Positions 28,297 to 38,957 of a stretch of 64,000 nucleotides of DNA are shown piece after piece. The position numbers and the translations under genes were made by a program. Below the pieces are notes generated by a model that was not told the origin of the DNA, did no database searches, and saw nothing but the letters and a program-made list of their open reading frames with translations. This DNA is from Vitreimonas sp. (GTDB taxonomy: Bacteria > Patescibacteriota > Microgenomatia > UBA1400 > PJMF01). Numbering within the stretch: the stretch's first letter is position 1; each line of letters begins with the position of its first letter. The stretch lies in the NCBI GenBank assembly GCA_035627515.1, contig DASPLQ010000012.1:199269-263268 (forward strand), in the 5' to 3' direction.

Positions 28297-30513
28297 ATGT
28301 CAGTCAGGAAAATCATTGTTTGGTTATTTCACTTGTTAGTGTGGACTGTGCCCTTCTTTTTTACTTGGGTAAATGAAGAGTTATTTGAGTTTAATAAGAT
28401 GTTGCTCACCTACGCTCTGACTGCCCTGATCTTGGGCGCTTGGGCTACTCGCTGTGTCTTCGAGCAGAGACTCGTTTGGCGCCGGACACCACTTGATCTA
28501 CCGCTCGCCATTTTCTTGGGTTCACAACTGCTGTCCACTATCTTATCTATTCACCCCCGCACCTCATTCTTTGGCTACTACACTCGTTTTCATGGTGGCT
28601 TGCTGTCTACTCTTACCTATCTTTGTTTGTACTATGCCTTTGTCAGCAATGTCACGCGCAAAGAAGTCAAACATTTCCTGATCTCTGTTTTAATCGCCGC
28701 TGCCGGAGTGTGTTTATATGCAATTCCTGAACACTTTGGTCACTCACCTAGTTGCTGGTTAATCACTGGGGGGGAAATGTTCGACGTCACCTGCTGGGTC
28801 CAAGATGTCAAAACGCGGGTGTTTGCTACCTTTGGTCAACCTAATTGGCTAGCGGCCTACGTGATCATGGTACTACCATTGACTTTAAGTTTGATGATGA
28901 CCTCTACCGAAAAACTGGGCGTAAAAAAAGCAAGCTATTTAGTACTGAGTTGGTTATTAGTTTTGACCTTGATCTTTACTAAGTCGCGATCAGGTTTGTT
29001 GGGCATGGTGATTGGCGTAGGAATCTGGGGGTTAGGGTACTTATGGCTCTGGAGTCGTCGACATCTTACTCCCCAAGCTTTTGCTCCTTTAGTTATTTTC
29101 GGCACCATTTCTCTAGGGCTCTTTTTTCAATTCGATCCCTATGTCTTACCTCTCTTGAACTCTAAGCTCAACTTGTGGCGTAGTGATGCTTCTCAAATAG
29201 AATCATCTTTAGCTACTCCTGCTCCCTCACCCCTTGAGGTGCCAGCGGTTATTAATCGTTTAGATATTGGTGGCACTGACTCCGGTGAGATTCGTAAAAT
29301 CGTGTGGGAGGGCGCGATCTCAGTTTGGCAGCGCTACCCTTTATTTGGCTCTGGGGTGGAAACCTTTGCTTACAGTTATTACCAAGATCGGCCGTTAGCT
29401 CACAACCTGGTTAGCGAGTGGGACTTTTTATATAACAAAGCCCACAATGAGTTCCTCAACTTCTTAGCCACCACTGGCTTGGTGGGCTTGGGGGCGTATA
29501 TCGGGGTGTTATTACTTTATGGGAGTCTTAGTGGCCGCACTATCCTGGCGGCTAGTAGTGACTATAATCACTCTTCTCCATCCTCAAGCTCTGAAACTAT
29601 CGACTTCGCGCCCTTAATTACGCTTGGTTTGGTCACCGGCTTGATTAGTTTAAGTGTTTCTAATTTTTTTGGATTTTCCACCGTAATGGTGACAGTCCTG
29701 CATTATTTATTTATGGCTTGTTATGTAGTTTTAAACTATTCGCCTCCCGCAGTAACCAGCGACCACTCAGTAAAAACCCCTGAACTGAGCGCCTCTCAAA
29801 TTGGGGGGTTGATTGTGATTGGGGGCCTGACATTCTTTTTGTTAAGCCAAGTAGTAACCATGTGGCAAGCCGACGCTGCGTACACTCGAGCTAAAGCTTG
29901 GATTAGCGCCGGCAAAGGCACCCCAGCGCTCGAAGAGCTGGAAGCGGCCATCCGCCTCCAACCTAAAGAAGCGCTGTTTTATGATGAACTAAGTGATTTA
30001 TACAGCCAGCTTGCTGTAGCTTCTGGTCAGCAAGGTCAAAGTAGCGCCAGCGCTGAAATTGCCCAAGCGGCTTTGAAAGCGAGTGAGATTACCCTCAATC
30101 TTAATCCTCGTCACTTAAATTTTTACAAAACTCGCGCCCGAATCTTAATCTCATTGAGTGGTTTGGATCCACACTTATTAACTGCGGCAGAAGACACCTT
30201 ACACCAAGCCTTGGAACTGGCCCCTACCGACGCCAAGTTACTGTATAATCTAGCCCTCGTTCAACTCAACAGTGATGATCCCGGCAAGCAAGCCGAAGGC
30301 TTGCGCAATTTGGAGAAAACACTCGAAATGAAACCTAATTATGAATCCGCCCGTCGCGAACGCGCTGATCAATATCTTAAAGTCACTGATTATGATCGAG
30401 CTTACCAAGAATATGAGTACATTGTGAAATTTATTAATCCTAATAATGCGTACGCCCGCCAACAGCTGGAAAGTTTAAATGCCTCCATCAGTGGCCAACC
30501 GTCCGCCAAGTAA
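28297..30513 (+). CDS. O-antigen-ligase-like (Wzy_C) polytopic membrane protein fused to C-terminal TPR repeats
   Basis: About 10 TM helices in the first ~450 aa, then TPR-like repeats (LYNLALVQLNSDDPGKQAEGLRNLEKTLEMKPNYESAR...). The def start lies 3 nt after its stop. Confidence 0.5.
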   Translation: MSVRKIIVWLFHLLVWTVPFFFTWVNEELFEFNKMLLTYALTALILGAWATRCVFEQRLVWRRTPLDLPLAIFLGSQLLSTILSIHPRTSFFGYYTRFHGGLLSTLTYLCLYYAFVSNVTRKEVKHFLISVLIAAAGVCLYAIPEHFGHSPSCWLITGGEMFDVTCWVQDVKTRVFATFGQPNWLAAYVIMVLPLTLSLMMTSTEKLGVKKASYLVLSWLLVLTLIFTKSRSGLLGMVIGVGIWGLGYLWLWSRRHLTPQAFAPLVIFGTISLGLFFQFDPYVLPLLNSKLNLWRSDASQIESSLATPAPSPLEVPAVINRLDIGGTDSGEIRKIVWEGAISVWQRYPLFGSGVETFAYSYYQDRPLAHNLVSEWDFLYNKAHNEFLNFLATTGLVGLGAYIGVLLLYGSLSGRTILAASSDYNHSSPSSSSETIDFAPLITLGLVTGLISLSVSNFFGFSTVMVTVLHYLFMACYVVLNYSPPAVTSDHSVKTPELSASQIGGLIVIGGLTFFLLSQVVTMWQADAAYTRAKAWISAGKGTPALEELEAAIRLQPKEALFYDELSDLYSQLAVASGQQGQSSASAEIAQAALKASEITLNLNPRHLNFYKTRARILISLSGLDPHLLTAAEDTLHQALELAPTDAKLLYNLALVQLNSDDPGKQAEGLRNLEKTLEMKPNYESARRERADQYLKVTDYDRAYQEYEYIVKFINPNNAYARQQLESLNASISGQPSAK

Positions 30514-30515
30514 GT

Positions 30516-31094
30516 ATGCAGATCATCACCGCGCCTCACTCTACCCTCCGCACTCCAGCTCAGCCTGTGACTGAGATCGATAAAAAAGTGTTGCAATTTA
30601 TTAGTGAGCTGTCAGCTACTTTAACCCACCAAGTCAAACCCCAGGGTGTAGGCTTGGCGGCCCCCCAGGTTGATAAAAAATGGCGCATGTTTGTGACTAA
30701 TATCACCGATGATAAGCCGGGTGCTGCCAGTAATTTACAGCTCTACATTAACCCTGTGATTGTGAAGCAGAGTCCCGATCTATCATTTGGAGATGAGGCC
30801 GATGGACATCCCGCTTTAGAAGGTTGTTTATCAATTCCTAAGATCTATGGTCCCATTCCCCGCCGAGCATGGGTGGAGTTGGAGTACCAAACCCTGACTG
30901 ATGACAAACTGGTTTCACATTCTGAGCGCTTTGTTGATTTCACTGCCCGAGTGATTCAACATGAGCTCGATCACTTAGACGGCATTTTGTTCACTGATTA
31001 TTCATTAGAATATGACTTGCCCGTTTATACTGAACCACCCCGCAGTGAACGCTTGATCGAGTTAGAAGATCGCAGTATTTTAGAAATTTTTTAG
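30516..31094 (+). CDS. def: Peptide deformylase
   Basis: All three PDF motifs: GVGLAAPQ, EGCLSIP and QHELDHLDG. Confidence 0.85.
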   Translation: MQIITAPHSTLRTPAQPVTEIDKKVLQFISELSATLTHQVKPQGVGLAAPQVDKKWRMFVTNITDDKPGAASNLQLYINPVIVKQSPDLSFGDEADGHPALEGCLSIPKIYGPIPRRAWVELEYQTLTDDKLVSHSERFVDFTARVIQHELDHLDGILFTDYSLEYDLPVYTEPPRSERLIELEDRSILEIF

Positions 31095-31105
31095 GGACCG
31101 ACGGT

Positions 31106-32119
31106 ATGATAGGCTCGCCCTCACTTTCTAAACCTAGTTTGATTTTTTTCGGCTCATTTTTGGAGTACTCAGCCTTGATTTTGGAGAGTTTAAGTGGCCA
31201 TGATGAGTTCAATCTAGTGGCCGTGGTGACCACTCCCCCAATGCCGCTGGGACGCAAACAAGTTATCACGAAAACTCCCGTCCATCTCGCGGCTGAAAAA
31301 GCTGGCATACCCGTTTTTACTCCAGAAAAATTAACGTCTGAAACTCTAGCAGCATTGCCTCCTACCGATTTATTTGTGACGGCGGGCTATGGCAAGTTAC
31401 TCCCCGTGGAGTGGTTGAAGGCTCCTCGCTTAGCGGCTCTCAACCTGCATTTCAGCTTACTACCTAAATATCGCGGCGCTAACCCCGCTGAATGGGCGTT
31501 ATTGCTCGGTGAAAGCACAACTGGTGTGACGTTAATCGAGATGAGTCCTGAGTTTGATACCGGGACGATGGTGGCTCAAACCAGCGTCGCCATTGAACCA
31601 ACCGATACCCGGGAAACAGTCTATCAAAAAGTGTATGAGTTAGGGGCAAAAACACTGCCGAGCATGGTAGCAGCGTATGTAGATTTTAAAGCCGGTCATG
31701 AAAGCTTAAAAACGTCTTCTGAGATTACTTTTTGGCTGCCGCCAATTCCTCAACCTCAGTCACCTACTCCGTATGCCAAACGTTTCACGCGTGAAGATGG
31801 GTTTATTGCTTGGGAAGCCTGGCAAGCAGCGATGATCGGTACCAACATCTCACCTGAACATCTTTCGCCGTTACTCCAACAAATTGCTGCTCACGTGCCG
31901 GCGGTTGACGCTCGCTGGCTGGAAACGACTACCCGTGCCTTGGCTGGCTTTCCCGGAGTCTGGACTCGAATTCCCACGACTAAAGGTGAAAAACGGCTGA
32001 AAATCTTGGCTGTGCGTGTCGAAGGCACGCGGTTAATGCTGGAAAAAGTGCAGATTGAGGGCATGCAGCCCAGTGGGTGGAATGAGATTAAAACCTTAGT
32101 AACGAACAAAAGTACTTAA
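31106..32119 (+). CDS. fmt: Methionyl-tRNA formyltransferase
   Basis: Formyltransferase motif NLHFSLLPKYRGANP, a C-terminal Fmt domain, and the def-fmt arrangement. Confidence 0.85.
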   Translation: MIGSPSLSKPSLIFFGSFLEYSALILESLSGHDEFNLVAVVTTPPMPLGRKQVITKTPVHLAAEKAGIPVFTPEKLTSETLAALPPTDLFVTAGYGKLLPVEWLKAPRLAALNLHFSLLPKYRGANPAEWALLLGESTTGVTLIEMSPEFDTGTMVAQTSVAIEPTDTRETVYQKVYELGAKTLPSMVAAYVDFKAGHESLKTSSEITFWLPPIPQPQSPTPYAKRFTREDGFIAWEAWQAAMIGTNISPEHLSPLLQQIAAHVPAVDARWLETTTRALAGFPGVWTRIPTTKGEKRLKILAVRVEGTRLMLEKVQIEGMQPSGWNEIKTLVTNKST

Positions 32120-32122
32120 AAT

Positions 32123-34156
32123 TTAATGATGGGCATTTTTGAGTTCTTCTAAAATCTTAACCGTCTGATCTTGTTCTTGTCCATCAAAATTATTTTTCCA
32201 AATCGCATCTAATCTAAGTAATATTTCTTCACTATTGTCCCTCTCATGAGTGAACTCAGACCCAAATTCATTCTCCAACGCTTCATACACTGTTTGAGCT
32301 TTTAAAGCTAAGGGAGGCAATAACTTCTGTAATAGTGGCGCTTGTCGAGCTGCTATCAGTTGCATTAACTCATGTTCAACAACAGCCATATTAACTATCT
32401 TCTCAATGCCTTCCACAAATGGTTGTAATTTTTCTTCTGTTTGAGTATGAATTACCTTCGCCTGTTGCGTCAGCTGCGAAAGTTTTTCCTCTGTCAAAGC
32501 TGTGACTTTACCAAAATCATAACCATCATCCGTTCTAGTGAGATAAGCACCTCTCAATAACTGGAGCTTATCCAGATATTCTCCTCTTAGGAGGTCATAA
32601 TCTTCTTCAAGTTGACGCCATTGACTCCGATCTCGGAGAGTTAAATCCCAATAGCGAGTCAATTTTCCCAACTTGTAACTTACAACCGCAACTGCTGGTG
32701 CCGATTGGTCTCCAAATTCGCTCGTTAAGTCCTTAATTTTTTCTACTACTTCGACTGCTGCTGCTCGTTGAGTGTATTCGGAAATGGATGGGATTGTATG
32801 CTTCCATTCGGCAATTGGTGTTTCGAATAGTTGTTGCTTTATATTTGTGCTCAACAATGGCAACTCAGAAAAATAGTTTGTGGTATAAGCATCAGTTCTT
32901 TCAAGGTCAGCAATTTTTTTGACTCGCCGATATAAACTCCCCCACTTCACCCGCGTAATTTCCTCCCACCTTTCCAAAGGATACTGAGTAAGTGTTTGAA
33001 CGATTTCCTGTCGATATGTTTCAACTAGACCTAACTCGTACAAAAGCAGATACATACTATCCCAAAGTTCAGATATAAAACGTACATTTCGAGTTAATTC
33101 TTGATTATATTTTTGAGCTAGATCTCGATATAGATCTGGATCTGAGTTGCCTAAATACCCGGGATGAATATCAACCACTTTTAAGTAATGGTACATCAAA
33201 TTAATGGCTCCCTTTTTTTTAATGTCTTGAAAAACAGTTAAATCAGGCTCCCCTTCTTCGATCCACAATAAATTTTGTAAATAATGAAAATCACCCCCCG
33301 CCCGATTAAAGTCTGCGAGTAACTCATTTTTTGCCTCAGCTAAGGCGTCAGGTAATAGTTCATCAAAAACCGCTGTCCACTCGGCTTTAGTTTCTAAACC
33401 TCGCTCTTTAGCCTGCAAAACGGCCTTATTAAGTTCAGTCCTATTGCTGAGGCGCTTGGGGCTATTTCCCCCCCAGATCCAATCGTAGTTTCCGGTTTCA
33501 TGAAGAGCTTCTACCACAACATCATGGGTGGCATGATTGGACTCGTGAGCAACTACCCGCTTCTTTTCAGTATCAATTGGAATTTCTTTAACTAGAATAA
33601 AGGGAACCGGCTGAGGCACCTGAGAGAAAAACTTGGGCATGCTAACCGGTTGTGCCCAATTAAAATGACCCCCTGATTGAGGATCAAGTCTGAGTGCTGA
33701 CAGGTCTGCCGAGTGACTAGCCACCAACCCCAGTGCTAAGCGATGCCGTTGCAATGTAACTTCACCTTGTGGTTCACGCTGCGTCATTCTCTTAAATAAG
33801 AGTTTGCCTAATTCTATCAAGCTTGGTTCCGACGAGTCGATTGCTCCTTGAGTGGCTTCACGAACCAAGGAATGATAAATAGCTTTTACCAACTGCTCTC
33901 GTCGTTGAAACTCTTGGGAAAGTTTTTTTACGATACCAGCTTCATAGGTACTCAATGGGGTTAATTGGTGTGACTTTAGCTCAGTATTAATTGCATCGAT
34001 GAGTTCATCATCGTGATGGATATCATCAGCTTCTAGGGCTTCAAAAAAAATTCTTTGCGCAATCACCCCCCGCGCATCGCGCTGCAGCCACTCTTCCACA
34101 TTATCCCGCCAACCGGGAAACGGTAATATGCCATGAGAAGATTCAGTACTGTGCAC
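32123..34156 (-). CDS. Large hypothetical protein with an HExxH motif (possible zincin-like metallohydrolase)
   Basis: 677-aa ORF containing AHESNHATHD...EALHE. The rest is helical and unrecognised. Confidence 0.4.
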   Translation of the reverse strand: MHSTESSHGILPFPGWRDNVEEWLQRDARGVIAQRIFFEALEADDIHHDDELIDAINTELKSHQLTPLSTYEAGIVKKLSQEFQRREQLVKAIYHSLVREATQGAIDSSEPSLIELGKLLFKRMTQREPQGEVTLQRHRLALGLVASHSADLSALRLDPQSGGHFNWAQPVSMPKFFSQVPQPVPFILVKEIPIDTEKKRVVAHESNHATHDVVVEALHETGNYDWIWGGNSPKRLSNRTELNKAVLQAKERGLETKAEWTAVFDELLPDALAEAKNELLADFNRAGGDFHYLQNLLWIEEGEPDLTVFQDIKKKGAINLMYHYLKVVDIHPGYLGNSDPDLYRDLAQKYNQELTRNVRFISELWDSMYLLLYELGLVETYRQEIVQTLTQYPLERWEEITRVKWGSLYRRVKKIADLERTDAYTTNYFSELPLLSTNIKQQLFETPIAEWKHTIPSISEYTQRAAAVEVVEKIKDLTSEFGDQSAPAVAVVSYKLGKLTRYWDLTLRDRSQWRQLEEDYDLLRGEYLDKLQLLRGAYLTRTDDGYDFGKVTALTEEKLSQLTQQAKVIHTQTEEKLQPFVEGIEKIVNMAVVEHELMQLIAARQAPLLQKLLPPLALKAQTVYEALENEFGSEFTHERDNSEEILLRLDAIWKNNFDGQEQDQTVKILEELKNAHH

Positions 34157-34200
34157 AAATTTTGTTGTAAGGGAAATCTAAAACAGAAAGTAGCCGAAGC

Positions 34201-34416
34201 TTAGTTCTGGGGTTTTTTCCAGTGAGTGGTGACACCAGCTTTTTTGAGTTGGCGTAACACACTAGTGGGCACGCGCATACGTTGCTTGACGCCATCTACC
34301 AAAACGGTGACGGTGTGCAAGTTATACTTGAAAGCGTGTTTAGTACGATTTTTAGCGTGAGAAACTCGATTACCGATGTGGGCGACTCGAGGAAATTTGA
34401 AAACAAAACTTGACAT
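34201..34416 (-). CDS. rpmB: 50S ribosomal protein bL28
   Basis: GNRVSHAKNRTKHAFKYNLHTVTVLV...RMRVPTSVLRQLKKAG parallels E. coli L28 [20 protein letters not shown]...LRVSAKGMR. Confidence 0.7.
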   Translation of the reverse strand: MSSFVFKFPRVAHIGNRVSHAKNRTKHAFKYNLHTVTVLVDGVKQRMRVPTSVLRQLKKAGVTTHWKKPQN

Positions 34417-34499
34417 AAGATATGAATTGTATCATTTGTCTGCCTCTCGGGCAACGATGAGATAAAAACTTTAATTAGGTATAATGAAGAACTTACCAT

Positions 34500-35129
34500 A
34501 TGATTGATTTACTTTTTTCCAACCCACTTGCCTTTTTTGTCCTTTTCCCTGGACTACTGCTATCTATTGCCTTGCATGAGTTTGCTCATGCCTGGATGGC
34601 TGACCGCCTCGGTGATCCCACACCTCGTTATCAAGGCCGTGTCACCCTCAACCCTCTTGCCCATCTCGATCCGTTGGGGACTATGGCGATGTTGTTTACC
34701 CGTTTTGGTTGGGGCAAACCGGTTGAGTTTGATCCCTACAACCTCAAAAACCCTCCTCGAGATACCGCCATTATTGCCTTAGCTGGGCCTGCTCTCAACT
34801 TACTGATTGCCGCTAGCATCTCACTCGCGCTGCACTTTATCACTATTCCTAGCCTGTGGCTGATTGTGGCTTTAATTCAAATCATGCAGATTAACGTAGT
34901 CTTAGCTATTTTTAACCTAGTGCCTGTTTATCCGCTCGATGGCAGTAAAATTTTATTTGCCCTGCTGCCCAAACGCACCGCTTTTGAGTATGACGAGTTT
35001 ATGCGCCACTATGGCATGTTTGTACTGTTGCTGTTACTTTTCCCTTGGGGTAATCAAGCCTCACCGGTATCACTCTTAATTTCTCCGGTGATCGATATGG
35101 TGATGAATATCTTACTGGGTGGTTTTTAA
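34500..35129 (+). CDS. Site-2 protease (peptidase M50) family membrane metalloprotease
   Basis: HEFAHAWMADRLGDPTPRYQGRVTLNPLAHLDPLGT is the typical short S2P N-terminus. Multiple TM helices; TATAAT about 20 nt upstream. Confidence 0.7.
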   Translation: MIDLLFSNPLAFFVLFPGLLLSIALHEFAHAWMADRLGDPTPRYQGRVTLNPLAHLDPLGTMAMLFTRFGWGKPVEFDPYNLKNPPRDTAIIALAGPALNLLIAASISLALHFITIPSLWLIVALIQIMQINVVLAIFNLVPVYPLDGSKILFALLPKRTAFEYDEFMRHYGMFVLLLLLFPWGNQASPVSLLISPVIDMVMNILLGGF

Positions 35130-35137
35130 TCAATTCT

Positions 35138-35779
35138 TCAAAGTGCTGATAATAATTGGGACGCCAACTCAGGCAACTCGGTTAACGTTGTCATTTGTCG
35201 TTGGGGGGTAAACTCAGTCTCGGCTTCTCGGTTGATCCATATTGGCAGCGTCTGGGTTTGTGTCTCTAAAGTGGTAATTACTTCTGGTTTATCTTCCACA
35301 ATCACCCACCCTGGCTGCAACCGCTGCAGCACTTGCGGCACCTCTTTGCGTCGTTCAATAAAGTGTAGTTCTGGCTCAAAAAAGCTTTTCAAACCTGATA
35401 ACTCCAGTTTGGTCTGCTGAAAATCCAGATCACCTTCTGAAAAAATGCCGAGTTGGTACTGGGATCTCAACACCAGTAAGGTTGGTAAGACATCTGCATA
35501 CACCGCTTGCTGAAAATAAGCTGGTTGATAAAAAACCTGGGCCAGCTCCTCAATACTGCGCGCGTACACTTTCGACAAATGTGTCAAGTAATCCACGGGG
35601 TTAAAATCAGTATTTTTTACTAACTGATCAGTATACTGATTTTTGACTACCAACAGCTCCTCAACCTTTACGTTTAGTAACTCAGCTATCGCGGGATTAA
35701 CCAACTCTCCCGCCCAATACGGAGTGTCAAATAACGTCCGATCAATATCAAATAAAATCACAGCTTGGTGTTCGTTCAT
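35138..35779 (-). CDS. HAD-superfamily hydrolase
   Basis: Motif I DxDxT: ILFDIDRTLFDT. Confidence 0.55.
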   Translation of the reverse strand: MNEHQAVILFDIDRTLFDTPYWAGELVNPAIAELLNVKVEELLVVKNQYTDQLVKNTDFNPVDYLTHLSKVYARSIEELAQVFYQPAYFQQAVYADVLPTLLVLRSQYQLGIFSEGDLDFQQTKLELSGLKSFFEPELHFIERRKEVPQVLQRLQPGWVIVEDKPEVITTLETQTQTLPIWINREAETEFTPQRQMTTLTELPELASQLLSAL

Positions 35780-35889
35780 ATGTAAAATTATAATTATAAA
35801 TTAATTGATAGATAAATTTTTAATACTATTAAGAGTAATTTATGTGTTATTAAAAAAGAACAGCCCATCCACCCGATATTAAACCGAAA

Positions 35890-36357
35890 TTAAACCTTCA
35901 TTTCTAAACTCATATCGATGATATCAAAGCCACACTTTTTATAAAAAGCTAAGGCCTTTTCATTCTTTGCATAACAATTAACATACAGCTTATCGTAACC
36001 ATGTTTGCGTGCCCAGGTTCGACACTCTTGCATCAATGCGCCTCCTAAACCTTGAGAGCGATATGCCGGCGAGACTCCCATATTATCTACTTCCAGATAA
36101 CGACTATGGCGATAACTAAACTCACGAGGACTGGCAGCAACATAACCTGCTAATTTCCCCAGATCATCAGCCACGATACAACAAGAGTTGGTATCATTTA
36201 CAAGCTCCTGAAAGTACTTCTCACCTTCAGCCGATCGAGCCCAATCTAATTTTAAATCTGGATCGTATTGGTGGTTATCAATGAAAACTTCTTCATTCAA
36301 CAGCTGCAATGCAGGACCTTCATCAGTGCGGGCTAAACGAAAAATAACATTTGACAT
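35890..36357 (-). CDS. GNAT family N-acetyltransferase
   Basis: RSQGLGGALMQ acetyl-CoA motif; 155 aa. Confidence 0.65.
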   Translation of the reverse strand: MSNVIFRLARTDEGPALQLLNEEVFIDNHQYDPDLKLDWARSAEGEKYFQELVNDTNSCCIVADDLGKLAGYVAASPREFSYRHSRYLEVDNMGVSPAYRSQGLGGALMQECRTWARKHGYDKLYVNCYAKNEKALAFYKKCGFDIIDMSLEMKV

Positions 36358-36360
36358 TTA

Positions 36361-37272
36361 TTACTCCCTCTGCGATTCCCACCGTTGTGCCACAAACACT
36401 GAGATGACAATCAAGAGTGCACCCACTACTTCATAACTACCCATTACTTCTTGATACATCAAAAAGCCCACCAGTGGTCCAAAGAAATTTTCAGTCAGCA
36501 AGATCTGCCCACCTAAGACTGGATCCAGGTGTTTGAAGGCGTAGTTTTCAAAAAAAGTGGCAATGATGTTGAAACCGGCACCAATCGCCAAACCCATCAG
36601 AATGCCTAGTTTACTAAATTGAGTCACATCCACCACTTCCCCATTCAAGGTGGCCAAAACAAAGGCAGTGGCCGCCGCTATGCCCATGACTAAGACCGAG
36701 ACTTCACTATTATTTAAGTGGGCGGATAAAAATTTTCTCCCCACGGCGTAGGTAGCTCCCGCCGCTGCTGCTAATAACGCCATCAACTCACCATAGCCAA
36801 AGCCTGAGACTGTGGGCACCAATGAACGGGTCCCGATCACCATCACTCCATAGACTGAGAGCATCAATAACGCAGCTTGTGTCCACACAATCTTTTTTTT
36901 CAAAAACAGGACTGAGTAAAGGTAAATAAAGAAAGCTAATGTTGCAAAAATCACAGTCACATTGGCAATTTTGGCATTGAGCACCGCAATCGTAATAAAG
37001 TACACCATCAATCCATATCCAATAATCCCCATCACGCCTAAGCCAAGCCAATCTCGCCCCGGAGTAGTTTTAATCACTGACCAACGTAACTGGCGAGCAA
37101 ACAAAACCAGTGATACCACAAACGCTAGCGCTACCCGCAAATAAACTTGCGTCAAAGGTGAAAAACCGTCTCCCAGCAGTCGGACTGCTACATTGAGAAG
37201 TGAGTACCCAAAAGCCACAATTAACAAAGCCATAATCGACAGCGAGCGGTGGGAGATGGCAGATTTACTCAT
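36361..37272 (-). CDS. DMT/EamA-family transporter
   Basis: 303-aa protein with about 10 TM segments in two halves. Confidence 0.55.
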   Translation of the reverse strand: MSKSAISHRSLSIMALLIVAFGYSLLNVAVRLLGDGFSPLTQVYLRVALAFVVSLVLFARQLRWSVIKTTPGRDWLGLGVMGIIGYGLMVYFITIAVLNAKIANVTVIFATLAFFIYLYSVLFLKKKIVWTQAALLMLSVYGVMVIGTRSLVPTVSGFGYGELMALLAAAAGATYAVGRKFLSAHLNNSEVSVLVMGIAAATAFVLATLNGEVVDVTQFSKLGILMGLAIGAGFNIIATFFENYAFKHLDPVLGGQILLTENFFGPLVGFLMYQEVMGSYEVVGALLIVISVFVAQRWESQRE

Positions 37273-37274
37273 AC

Positions 37275-38264
37275 CTATACTTTACCAGCTACCTGGCGCA
37301 ATCCTGCTAATAAGTTATCCTCCACTTCAATTTGACCCGTTTTAAGGTGTTGCGCCGCCAAACGATTACCTCGTTCCCCTGGCAAGAAAATCTCTTCAAC
37401 GCCCTCCAATCTTTTGGCGTTTTTGACGCGCTCAACCAATTGTGTCGTTTCAGAAATAAATTTTTCACGATCCACTAATAACTCAGGATCCATCACATAC
37501 AGTAAATTGCCCCAATCTTGATTGCCACCTAAACCGACAAAGGATGCACCAACGAGTGGCCCCGTTAACACTTCCACCATTAAACCTAATCCAGCGCCTT
37601 TATGGCTACGATCGAAAGGTCTAATCGCTCCTTCCATGCCTTTAGCAGGATCAGTAGTTAAGTTGCCTTCACTATCATAGGCCACGTCACCAGGAATGGT
37701 CTGTCCTGCTGTCTTCGCCTGAACTAAACCAAAATAAGCCATAGCTGAAGTGGCCATATCTAATACTAATGGTTCACCTTTGGTAGGAATACCGATTGCT
37801 AAAGGATTTGTTCCAAATAGTGCTTCATAGGAGCCATGCGTAGTCACTGTAGGAGGTGAACCTGCAAATACCCAGCCTATATACCCTTGCCGAGCAATCT
37901 GCTCTGCGTAATAGCCAATTGCTCCTGTGGAGCTAGCTGTATGATTGGTGCCCACGATACCAAAACCATGTTCCTTAGCCTTAGCTAACACCATGCCTAG
38001 GGCTTTCTTCATTACCACCATACCTTGATTGTGATTTCCATTCAAAAGCGCTGACAGCTTAGTTTCGCGTTCAATCTTCATTTCCCCAGCCCGAACATCT
38101 TTAGGCAAACCTTTACCAATTAACTTCACTACTCCCTGATTATTTCCCCGCAACTGGGCATATAACAGCACCTCACTTATAACTTCAATTTCATTTTCAT
38201 CATAGCCATAGTGAGCTAAAGCTTTACGTGTCAAATTGGTTAATTCGGCAACAGAAATCTTCAT
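37275..38264 (-). CDS. Ldh_2 family malate/L-lactate/sulfolactate-type dehydrogenase
   Basis: The N-terminal pattern (ALAHYGY...YAQLRGNNQGVVKL) and length match the Ldh_2 (AllD/ComC-like) family. Confidence 0.6.
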   Translation of the reverse strand: MKISVAELTNLTRKALAHYGYDENEIEVISEVLLYAQLRGNNQGVVKLIGKGLPKDVRAGEMKIERETKLSALLNGNHNQGMVVMKKALGMVLAKAKEHGFGIVGTNHTASSTGAIGYYAEQIARQGYIGWVFAGSPPTVTTHGSYEALFGTNPLAIGIPTKGEPLVLDMATSAMAYFGLVQAKTAGQTIPGDVAYDSEGNLTTDPAKGMEGAIRPFDRSHKGAGLGLMVEVLTGPLVGASFVGLGGNQDWGNLLYVMDPELLVDREKFISETTQLVERVKNAKRLEGVEEIFLPGERGNRLAAQHLKTGQIEVEDNLLAGLRQVAGKV

Positions 38265-38917
38265 AAAGACAACCTTTCAAGATCATGGCAGTGCTTGTGA
38301 TTTATTTTGAAGTATAGCAAAGTTTTGTCCATGGTGATGAAGAAAACAATAGCATTAATCATTAATACAACCGTTCTTTGCCACCCTAAAAACCACCAAC
38401 TTAATATCCCTAAAATAATGTCAAAATAAAAAAAGATTCTAGCTGGAGCAATATCCTGATTAAACCGCTTCACTAGAGGTACAATCAGAGTATATCCACC
38501 CACCCCGTATCCATACTCCACCACCACACCGATGGTTATACCTCCGATCATGCCGAATAATCCTACTGACAGCGCCTGCCACCAGATACTGAGAGTAGTG
38601 ATGGGAGTCAAATTTAATAGGTTTCTAAAGATGTCTATCAGCATAGCCAGTAAGCTATATCCATATAATGCTCGAGTTCCTACCGTTTTGCCAGAGACTA
38701 AGAATGTCAAAGTAATTAAAAACGTGTTAGCCACTAACAAAACCTGACCTACTGTCCAAGGTGTCAAATAACTTACTAACAAAGCATATCCAGCTAAGCC
38801 ACCACTGACCAAGTGATACTGCCACGAAAGTATATTAATGAATAATGCATATACGGCAATTGCAGCAGTGACTATCACCCATTCAATTGCAGTATGTTTA
38901 TTTATTTTGACATTCAT
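38261..38917 (-). CDS. Polytopic membrane protein, YitT/DUF161-like
   Basis: 218 aa with 5-6 TM helices and a GGxxG segment. Confidence 0.4.
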   Translation of the reverse strand: MNVKINKHTAIEWVIVTAAIAVYALFINILSWQYHLVSGGLAGYALLVSYLTPWTVGQVLLVANTFLITLTFLVSGKTVGTRALYGYSLLAMLIDIFRNLLNLTPITTLSIWWQALSVGLFGMIGGITIGVVVEYGYGVGGYTLIVPLVKRFNQDIAPARIFFYFDIILGILSWWFLGWQRTVVLMINAIVFFITMDKTLLYFKINHKHCHDLERLSL

Positions 38918-38957
38918 AATACTGTATAATACCTGGAGTTATAAAATATTCACCTTG

